Source: an uncultured bacterium
GTDB taxonomy: Bacteria > Cyanobacteriota > Cyanobacteriia > CAZCXK01
Reading direction: 5' to 3'
NCBI GenBank assembly: GCA_964502605.1
Contig: CAZCXK010000013.1
Location: 703 to 64,702, forward strand
Length of the DNA stretch: 64,000 nt
The first letter of the stretch is position 1; the number at the start of each line of letters is the position of its first letter. The position numbers were made by a program, and so were the translations under genes. The notes beneath the pieces were generated by a model. The model ran no database searches and had not been told where the DNA came from. It worked only from the letters and a program-made list of their open reading frames with translations. Positions 1 through 7,320 of this stretch are shown piece by piece.

Positions 1-459
1 AATCTGTTGACTGTCGTTTTCCTGATCAAGTATGTTAGCCAGTTGGAACCGCAGTTGGGCATTATTTGCTCCCAAAAGTAGAGCAATCAGCGTGGTTATT
101 CCGGCGATGATTTTGCTCCAAGGAAAGGACGGTCGAGTGTTGAGTGATGGACTGGAGGATGGAGGAGTTGTCGGTAAAGTAAGCGTTCTCGCTCCTGCTA
201 TTGCTGACTCTAACCCAGTGTCGTAGGCGGCAAGAATCTTATTTTGGAGTTCTGGAGGAGGGGCAACAGTGGCTAACCCGTGGGGGAGCGATCGCAAACT
301 TACACTGAGGGCGTTGATTTCGCGCTGCATTTCAGGACGGTCTTGTAAGAGAATCTCCAGTTGATGCTGTTCGTCATCACTCAAATCCCCCAGGACATAG
401 CCTGCGGCCAGCATCTGTTCCTCTTCAGATAGTGATGGTGATGGGTGTTGATGTGTCAT
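1..459 (-). CDS. Anti-sigma factor, partial (C-terminus runs off the window start). Single predicted TM segment 'WSKIIAGITTLIALLLG'.
   Basis: I translated the minus strand by hand from the ATG at 459..457. The frame stays open all the way to position 1: MTHQHPSPSLSEEEQMLAAGYVLGDLSDDEQHQLEILLQDRPEMQREINALS... followed by a hydrophobic segment. The ATG overlaps the TGA stop of the upstream ECF sigma gene (ATGA at 456-459). The track omits it because it is partial. Confidence 0.6.
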   Translation of the reverse strand, partial: MTHQHPSPSLSEEEQMLAAGYVLGDLSDDEQHQLEILLQDRPEMQREINALSVSLRSLPHGLATVAPPPELQNKILAAYDTGLESAIAGARTLTLPTTPPSSSPSLNTRPSFPWSKIIAGITTLIALLLGANNAQLRFQLANILDQENDSQQI

Positions 460-1034
460 CCAACTGTATCTCCCAAAAGCTGTCTGAGTTTAACTAAGCC
501 CTGACGAGCGCGGCTTTTGATCGTCCCTAATGGTAATTCTAGCTGCTGTGCAATGTCAGCATGGCTCATACCCTGATAATAATTAAGTTCTAAAATCTGA
601 CGCTGTTTGTCTGGGAGTTGCCTTAATGCCTGTCGAACCTGTTGGGACTGTTCGGTACGAGACGCTTGCTCTAAGGGAGTGGGAGCGAAGAGGTCAGACG
701 TGGTGACAGCTTTGAGGCGATCGACAGACCGCTGCCGACTACCGTGGCTAGCAATCTTGTTGAGGGCGCGCGATCGCACAATCACACATAAATAGGTACT
801 CAAAGAGGCTTTCTCTGGACTGTATTTGTGGTTGTTTAAGCTTTCGTCTTTCCAGAAAGTGAGAAACACGTCTTGGGTCAGCTCTTCGGCATCAGTGGAT
901 TGCTTCAGCATTCTCAAGGCCAGCGTATAAACGAGTCCACTGTAGCGCTCATACAGCACGGGTAGAGCTTGTGCTTGCCCTGCTCGGAGATGGTGAATCA
1001 GCTCAACATCGGATGCATTAGAAAAGTGCTCCAT
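456..1034 (-). CDS. RNA polymerase sigma-70 factor, ECF subfamily
   Basis: Region 2 (LYERYSGLVYTLALRMLKQSTDAEELTQDVFLTFW) and region 4 HTH (LELNYYQGMSHADIAQQLELPLGTIKSRARQGLVKLRQLL) are typical of ECF sigma factors. It is coupled to the downstream anti-sigma ORF. Confidence 0.85.
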   Translation of the reverse strand: MEHFSNASDVELIHHLRAGQAQALPVLYERYSGLVYTLALRMLKQSTDAEELTQDVFLTFWKDESLNNHKYSPEKASLSTYLCVIVRSRALNKIASHGSRQRSVDRLKAVTTSDLFAPTPLEQASRTEQSQQVRQALRQLPDKQRQILELNYYQGMSHADIAQQLELPLGTIKSRARQGLVKLRQLLGDTVG

Positions 1035-1140
1035 CGGCTAAACTGCAAATCCTACATGCGACAGCATTTGATTCTATCTCCACAAGCGGTGTGAACACGG
1101 TATGTTGGCTTTAATGATACGGCCTAAATGTATCATTGTG

Positions 1141-1184
1141 TTCTAAATTTCGCTAAACCCCAGAGTCCGCTATGAACTCTGGGG
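1141..1184 (-). terminator. Putative rho-independent terminator downstream of the RTX gene
   Basis: Inverted repeat CCCCAGAGT(1158-1166)...ACTCTGGGG(1176-1184). On the minus strand it is followed by a T-rich tract, TTTAGCGAAATTT. Confidence 0.4.
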
Positions 1185-1314
1185 TCTATGCTTACACACT
1201 GCTCATGAGTTCGTTCGAGGCTCCTTTGACAAAGCCATGGTTTCTTACTCACAGACAGATGCATCATTCATTTGGTGCATCTGTTGGTAGAACCCTGGGA
1301 ACTATACAAGCGTT

Positions 1315-3045
1315 CTAAGCTAGGGCAAAGTTATCCGCCGTGAAGCCTGCAAGATCGGCAACATCGGTGATGTTTTGCATATTGGCTAGCACATCAATGG
1401 TGCCCCCAGCACCCAGGTTTTCGGAATATACCAGACGCGCAAATCCGAGGTTTTCGTTGAAGTAAACAAACACACCTTCTTCAGCGATGATCTGATTATT
1501 GTTGGCGATCGCCTGGGCTGCGGCTCCTGCATTGGCAAAGGTCTGCCCTTGCAGAATCAGCACGTTGCTGTTGTTTGGAGCTACTTCTATTTCTTCTGCT
1601 ACTTTTTCGATTAGCGCTTCCCTTGGCGCTGCATTTTGGAACAGCAATTCATCAATGCCCAACTCACCGCCCACCAATACATGCTGGTCATCACTGATGG
1701 AATAGTCCGTAATGGTGTCCGTAGCATCGCGGCCATCAGCACCAAAGGCGAAGCGATCGCGCCCAGCACCCCCGGTTAAGAGATTTGTACCTAAGCCTCC
1801 CAATAAGAAGTCATCAGCACTGCCTCCTGCGAGTGTGTCATCTCCGGCTCCACCATTGGCTTCAACTGAAACACCTGCATTGGCCGCATCCAGAGTGTCA
1901 TTCCCATCTCCCCCGTTGAATACGATGAGTGCAATATCGGTGCTGGTGACATCGCTGACCACAAGAGAATCGTCGCCTCCATTGCCGTTGACTTCCATGG
2001 TCTCAGACTCGGTGATGGTCAGAGTCACAGGGCCAGGATTAACCCGGTCGAAAATAGCCTGATTGCCGTTTTGTTCTAAGGTAAATTGCTCACCAGCACC
2101 ACCGCCATTAAAGACGGCTGTGTCAATCCCTTCGCCACCGACCATGATGTCGCTGTCACCGCCAGGATTCCAGATCAGGCGATCGTTGCCTGCACCGCCC
2201 AGCATCGTGTCGTCGCCGCGACCACCATCAATCACATCATCGCCATCGCCTCCTTGCAGTAGGTCGTCGGCATCACCACCTACCAGCGTATCGTTACCGC
2301 TGCCCCCATCGGCTACGATTTGTACGTTGGTTTCAACAGCATCTAGCGTATCGTCCCCCTCGCCTCCGTTAAACACAACCTTCACCACAGATGTATTTGA
2401 CAAATCCTCAACCCGAAACGAATCATTGCCTCCAAATCCATTCAATTCCACTACTTCGGTGCTCTTGATATCAAGGGTGAAAGGGAACGGATCGACCCGG
2501 TCAAATAATGCACGACGTCCCTGCTGCTTGAGGGTAAAGGTCTCATCAATGCCGCCACCATTGGCGACTGCTGTATCCGTACCCGCACCCCCTTGCATGA
2601 TATCGTTGCCATCTCCCTGATTCCAAACCATGCGGTCATCGCCTGCACCGCCTTTCATGGTGTCGTCACCTGTATCCCCAATTAGCAGGTCATCGCCTTG
2701 TCCGCCTTTGAGTACATCATCATCATCCCCACCCCGTATCGTATCGTTACCCGATCCGCCACTGAGCTGATCGGCACCGCTGCCGCCATTAATCCGGTCA
2801 TCTCCAGCGCCGCCAGCAATACGATCATCGCCACTATTGCCATTCAGCTTGTCGTCTCCGTCATTCCCGTTAATGGTGTCATTGCCGCCCTGTCCTCTGA
2901 CGTTATCATCATCGTTGCCTGCCTGAACGATGTCGTCACCACCACGGGCACGGATGCGATCGCTTCCGTCTAATCCGCGTATCAGGTCAGCGTCGAGGGT
3001 GCCAATAAGTTGATTGTCGTTGTTGTCGCCAATAATACGAGCCAT
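1315..3045 (-). CDS. RTX-type calcium-binding (hemolysin-type repeat, beta-roll) secreted protein
   Basis: Many GGxGxDxL/I nonapeptide repeats (GGAGNDRLIW, GGDGDDVIDGGRGDDTMLGG, etc.). The likely true start is ATG at 3045 (MARIIGDNNDNQLIG), preceded by AGGAGA 7 nt upstream. The track ORF extending to 3255 is probably over-extended. Confidence 0.8.
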   Translation of the reverse strand: MARIIGDNNDNQLIGTLDADLIRGLDGSDRIRARGGDDIVQAGNDDDNVRGQGGNDTINGNDGDDKLNGNSGDDRIAGGAGDDRINGGSGADQLSGGSGNDTIRGGDDDDVLKGGQGDDLLIGDTGDDTMKGGAGDDRMVWNQGDGNDIMQGGAGTDTAVANGGGIDETFTLKQQGRRALFDRVDPFPFTLDIKSTEVVELNGFGGNDSFRVEDLSNTSVVKVVFNGGEGDDTLDAVETNVQIVADGGSGNDTLVGGDADDLLQGGDGDDVIDGGRGDDTMLGGAGNDRLIWNPGGDSDIMVGGEGIDTAVFNGGGAGEQFTLEQNGNQAIFDRVNPGPVTLTITESETMEVNGNGGDDSLVVSDVTSTDIALIVFNGGDGNDTLDAANAGVSVEANGGAGDDTLAGGSADDFLLGGLGTNLLTGGAGRDRFAFGADGRDATDTITDYSISDDQHVLVGGELGIDELLFQNAAPREALIEKVAEEIEVAPNNSNVLILQGQTFANAGAAAQAIANNNQIIAEEGVFVYFNENLGFARLVYSENLGAGGTIDVLANMQNITDVADLAGFTADNFALA

Positions 3046-3456
3046 TGGAAGTCTCCTATAGTTACAGTTGTGTATGAGGTTGGTGTGTGTGAGGTTGATT
3101 AAATCAATGTCGGGATTGCCAACGCAGAACTCAGATTGGTTTTGGTTAGAGTGGGCTGATGACAATACCGCGTAAGAAAGAGTGGAACAGACCCACGCAG
3201 CAGCCCATCTCTCATCAGCTACGCTGATCAGATAGAGGTAATGCATACATGGCAAAAGGCTGGTGAATTGGGAATGAGAGCATCGAAAGCATCACGCTTA
3301 GGATGGAGAACCATCAATGGTCATCCCCTAATTGCTGGTCTGTATCTTGTCGTTCTATAAGTGATACAGGGATCAGCCGACATTGGATTTAAATGTCAGA
3401 AAAAAAGTCAGATGAGAGAAAGGCTTGAGGCTCCAACTTGCCATTGGGGTCTTTGA

Positions 3457-3960
3457 CTAGAACCCAACGGATGGGAACAGCAGGCAATCCAGTGTGATAC
3501 CAAACCGCTGTCTCAGAAGCAACCTGCAGTTCATGGGGACTAACAGCATCAAAGAGAGCCAACGCAATCCACTGGTTTTGACAACGTGGCTATCACTCGA
3601 GCGCACCGGGTCGCGGTAGATCCCTCGAGCTGCAATCCGTTTACCCCATCGCCGTTCTATCGTGTCATCGATGCCCGTCACTAGAACTCCATTCGCAACA
3701 AAAACTTTGACCAACTGTTGCAGCAGTAATCGACTTGCCTGACGACTCGACCAGATCGCTCGGCTCAGCACCCGATGATAGTTTTGGAAGTGAGGTTCAT
3801 GCTCCATTCCCAGCGCCCGCAAAATTGCACTGACGGTGCGTTTGCCGGGTGCTACAATAGCACCCAAAAGCAGCACAAGTGCTGATTCCCAAACAGGTTT
3901 AGAAAATAACGGGGCAAACACCACAATCCAAGGGATTAACTCTTTCGGTAGCAAGTTCAT
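3457..3960 (-). pseudogene. IS701/IS4-like DDE transposase, N-terminal fragment (truncated)
   Basis: The N-terminus FSKPVWESALVLLLGAIVAPGKRTVSAILRALGMEHEPHFQNYHRVLSRAIWSS ... GIDDTIERRWGKRIAARGIYRDPVRSS is characteristic of the IS701-like transposase family. The ORF ends at ~167 aa, whereas full-length family members are >350 aa. Confidence 0.55.
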
Positions 3961-4199
3961 CAGGAGAAACCGAGTAACGCTTTCCTGATTTTGCTACCTT
4001 TCCTCCCCTTCACAATGAATAAAGTCGAGCTGATACAACAGAGCCTTGTGATTGGCAGACATTTGCCTGAATCAGTGCCCAATAGTCAGCCTGGGACAGA
4101 ATATGCGCGCCGCTTTGCAAAGGAGTCGCCATGCTTTCTATCTCATATTAATATCGGTAGACTCTCATCGTAGATTTCTTGAGAATCATCGTCAATAAA

Positions 4200-6254
4200 T
4201 TATGTGTACGGCCTGCTGATGGTGCGATTGATTACTTGGCCCGCTTCTAAGTAGAGCACTTGATCGGCTCGATTGAGCACGGAGGGGCGATGGGAGACAA
4301 CGAGGCAGGTGGGGAGTCGGGTGGATGGGTGGATGGGTGGATGGGCTTCGGCGCGATCGCTCAGCCGAAGGGTGGATGGGTTTTGGGTATCCGGTATCGG
4401 GTGCCGAGTATCAGGTTCTGATTCTGATTTCTCCCTTGCACCTTGCACCTGATACCGTTCACCCTCCATACCTCCCCCACTGCCAAACAACTGCTCCCAG
4501 AGATGCTGTTCAGTCTCCACATCCAGGGCACTGGAGAGGTCGTCGAACACCATCAGGGCGGGACGACGCAGCAGCATGCGGGCGGCAGCAACCCGTTGTT
4601 TTTGGCCGCCGGAGAGGCGCACGCCTCGGGTGCCGATCAGGGTGTCAAGGCCATCGGGCATGGTAGCTAGGTCTTGATCAAAAATGGCAGTGGCGATCGC
4701 CTGATCAATCTGCTCTGAAACAATGGTATCCCCCAGCCCTAGCAGCAGGTTCTCCCGCAGCGAGGCGCTGAAAAGCTGGGGAATTTGGGGTGTATAAGCG
4801 GCCCGAGGAGGCACCAAAAAATTCGCCGGGTCGAGAATCGGTTGACCATTCCAATATAGCGTGCCAGACTGGCTGGGCAGCAGGCCCAAAAGCACCCGCA
4901 GTAGGGTAGTTTTACCCGCGCCCACCCGTCCGGTGATCACCGTCAAACTGCCCTGGGTGAGCGTAAAACTAATGTCCCTGATGCCGCCACCGACTGGATA
5001 GCAGTAGGTCAACCCTTCGACTCGTAGCTCGTGGAGGGGGGCGGGGATGATGGCTCTTCCGGGCGGGTCTTTGACTATCGCACTTACACTCGGTGGCAGC
5101 GCCGATTCTCCGCCAAGAATAGGTTTGAGATAGAGGGGGTGGGGATGGGTGAGAGGGTGGGATGGGTATCGGGTACTGGGTATAAGGTTTACAGTCTGAC
5201 TTACAGGTTGCTGCTTAACGGAAGAAACAGCAGTTTCATCGTTTCCTTCCACCCTTGCACTATGCAACATGCACCTTGTACCTGTTCCCACAAGCCCTGC
5301 CATGCGCTCAAAAGACACTTCACTCTGCCTAGTGATCGCGATGAATCCGCCGAGGAAGGCGAGGAAGTAGGTGACAAAAGATAAGTAATAGACAAACAGG
5401 GCAAAGTCGCCCACGGTGAAGTCGCCTTGGGCACCAAGGCTCTGGGAGGCGACCAGCAAAATGAACCCGGTGCCGATGCTGACGATGTTTTCAAAGCCGG
5501 AGTTGAGGATGGCGCTGAAAACTTGGTCGCGTACCACCTGGTTGCGACGGCGATCGCACCTTCCCCGCAATTCCTCCAGCATTTGGGCTTCTGCCCCGGC
5601 TACTTTGACCGCTTGCACGGCGGTGAACAGTTCGCCAATCAGCCCGGTAACCTGCTGAGTGGCCTGGCGGCTGGCGCGGCGGTAGCGTTTGAGGCGGTGT
5701 TCGGCTTGGTGAGCTAAAAGGGCGATCGCACACAGTGGCAAAAACACCAGCAGCGTCATCGTCGGGTTGACGCTGATCAACAGCGCCACCGAGCCCACCG
5801 CAAACACCCCGGCGGCAAAAATCTCGTTGGTGCCCACCACCACATCCTCAATCTGGGCCGCATCGTCGCGAAAGTAGCTGAGAATTTCGCCGGGGGAGGC
5901 ATTTTGGCCGTCGGCCCCACCCGTTGCCAGTTCGGCGCCAGGACGCTTGAGCAGTTCATGCAGTAGGTTGTGTCGCACCAGACCGCTGATCAAAAAGCGA
6001 TGCTGGGTCTTGGTGATGCGCCCCAAAAAAATTGCCACCACCCGCGCCAGCCCCACTGCCAGCAGTAGCCCAATCCACACCCAGGGTGATGCGCTAAAGC
6101 GCGATTCCCCAGTGAGGGTGTCGAAAAACTCACGAATGAGCAGCCCCGGCACCGCTGGCAGACCCAGAATGAACAGCCACAACAGCGTATCGACCCAGTA
6201 GAGACGCTGAGCGTAGCGAATCAGTTGCCAGAGGAGTTGGGTGATGGAGGGCAT
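4200..6254 (-). CDS. ABC transporter, fused permease/ATP-binding protein (exporter type), carrying two in-frame low-complexity insertions
   Basis: N-terminal 6-TM exporter domain. Walker A GRVGAGKTT, signature LSGGQKQRV, Walker B LMVFDDLSSALD and H-loop VVSHRPS are all present. About 50-60 extra residues sit in the TMD-NBD linker and between the D-loop and H-loop (see findings). Confidence 0.8.
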   Translation of the reverse strand: MPSITQLLWQLIRYAQRLYWVDTLLWLFILGLPAVPGLLIREFFDTLTGESRFSASPWVWIGLLLAVGLARVVAIFLGRITKTQHRFLISGLVRHNLLHELLKRPGAELATGGADGQNASPGEILSYFRDDAAQIEDVVVGTNEIFAAGVFAVGSVALLISVNPTMTLLVFLPLCAIALLAHQAEHRLKRYRRASRQATQQVTGLIGELFTAVQAVKVAGAEAQMLEELRGRCDRRRNQVVRDQVFSAILNSGFENIVSIGTGFILLVASQSLGAQGDFTVGDFALFVYYLSFVTYFLAFLGGFIAITRQSEVSFERMAGLVGTGTRCMLHSARVEGNDETAVSSVKQQPVSQTVNLIPSTRYPSHPLTHPHPLYLKPILGGESALPPSVSAIVKDPPGRAIIPAPLHELRVEGLTYCYPVGGGIRDISFTLTQGSLTVITGRVGAGKTTLLRVLLGLLPSQSGTLYWNGQPILDPANFLVPPRAAYTPQIPQLFSASLRENLLLGLGDTIVSEQIDQAIATAIFDQDLATMPDGLDTLIGTRGVRLSGGQKQRVAAARMLLRRPALMVFDDLSSALDVETEQHLWEQLFGSGGGMEGERYQVQGAREKSESEPDTRHPIPDTQNPSTLRLSDRAEAHPPIHPSTRLPTCLVVSHRPSVLNRADQVLYLEAGQVINRTISRPYT

Positions 6255-6272
6255 AGGGGTAGATGGGGTGGT

Positions 6273-6337
6273 AAGTTTTGAGTTCTAAGTTTTGAGTTCT
6301 AAGTTTTGAGTTCTAAGTTTTGAGTTTCGAGTTCTAG
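6273..6337. repeat. Tandem direct repeat, 14-bp unit (AAGTTTTGAGTTCT) x4-5
   Basis: Read directly: gtaagttttgagttctaagttttgagttctaagttttgagttctaagttttgagtttcgagttctag. It starts about 19 nt upstream of the ABC transporter start codon on the minus strand. Confidence 0.85.
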
Positions 6338-6441
6338 CACCTGATTGACTTGTATGTTGAGACTGTGGAAGGAAACGCAAGCTGTGCCGGAAGAGGAGTC
6401 TGGTTTATGCTGAAAAGTTACCACACCCAACAGTCAGGATA

Positions 6442-6707
6442 ATGGCTCCTACGTCTCGACTCTATGATGCGTTGAACGAATTTCTGCGTCAATGTGAGAT
6501 CCAGTGGCAAGACGTCGGCCACTGAAAACCCCTATGCTGGATGATCATTGGCATTCTCCAAAATCAAACTATTCATCTCTTGGGTGGAGTCATGGCTCTA
6601 ACTACCTTATTTCTGGTCTGCAAGGGGTACAAGTGGTGGCATCGGGTCAACGGTGGCAAATCGATGCCCATTGGAATCGGGGAATGAGTGATCTCAAACT
6701 GGGCTAG
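6442..6707 (+). pseudogene. Degenerate N-terminal remnant of an IS4/IS701-like transposase (frameshifted)
   Basis: ATG at 6442 gives MAPTSRLYDALNEFLRQCEIQWQDVGH, then a stop. A shifted frame (6504..6707) continues with ...DDHWHSPKSNYSSLGW... This resembles transposase N-termini of the MTSLYDTLKPQLTQW type. Weak, recalled from memory. Confidence 0.3.
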
Positions 6708-7079
6708 AACTGGATTCGGCTTGCTATTACTCAGCAGTCAGATATTCAGGTCTATCGGTTTCTTTACTAGTGCTCCAGACCAGCAGCTACCTCTTGCCTG
6801 CAAATGTCAATTCAATAAAGCGTTTCGTCGTGAATTCACCGTTCTCAGTCGCATTCCTGCTTCTTAATTTTGTCAGTCAAGCAGCACTTTCCCCCAAACT
6901 CTTTCGGGGGAAATGTTCCAGGAGAGGCGTTGGCGATCGCTTCCATTTCTTCATCTCGCCCTCTTTCTTCCGCTTTCTATCCCCCGTCTTCTGTCCTTCA
7001 AACCTAGTTGACTAACAAAAAATTCTGCATAGGATGCAGAAACTGCACGCTTACAGTATTTCATCTAATGGAGGGGGCC

Positions 7080-7216
7080 GGCTGGTTGCCTGACAGATCT
7101 TCGGAGTGTGGATTTCGGCTGCGCTCAATCCACGTCATTGTAGATACCTTAGGCAAAGTGCAGTCGAAGCCTACGGTACGGGAGAATCAGCCTTTCACAA
7201 GTTTTGTCAGCCAGCC
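7080..7216. repeat. MITE-like dispersed repeat, copy A (~137 bp). Imperfect terminal inverted repeats (GGCTGGTTGCCTGACAG ... TGTCAGCCAGCC) and an internal hairpin (GTGGATTTCGGCTGCGCTCAATCCAC).
   Basis: Roughly 85-90% identical by eye to a second copy at 39152..39296. Confidence 0.75.
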
Positions 7217-7320
7217 AAAGGAGCAGGTCTCCTGATCCAATGCAGGATATGGGTTGTAAATAGTTTTGTCCGTCAATCAGCCTTCAGACCTTATATGCCC
7301 CAGTGAGCAGATATTTGCTG

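Noticed and set aside
32-226. 64-aa plus-strand ORF at the window start
   Set aside because: It lies antisense inside the open anti-sigma reading frame (1..459, minus) that is translationally coupled to the ECF sigma gene. Likely spurious.
1499-2973. Several plus-strand ORFs (1499..1705, 1712..2062, 2063..2620, 2698..2973) rich in Pro/Ser/Ala
   Set aside because: All are antisense to the RTX gene. Low-complexity antisense frames are an expected artefact of the GGxGxD repeat codons.
3046-3255. N-terminal extension of the RTX ORF (MPCMHYLYLISVADERW...) in the track
   Set aside because: An internal ATG at 3045 with AGGAGA 7 nt upstream precedes the first RTX-like residues. The upstream extension has no protein-like features, so it is probably over-extended.
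4325-6201. Multiple short ORFs on both strands inside the ABC exporter gene (e.g. 4325..4666, 5031..5384, 5427..5717, 5947..6201)
   Set aside because: All are embedded in or antisense to a long ORF with full ABC motifs. High-GC antisense frames are commonly open by chance.
6273-6337. Possibility that the 14-bp tandem repeats are a CRISPR array
   Set aside because: The units are contiguous with no spacers and only 14 bp long. No cas genes are present in the window.
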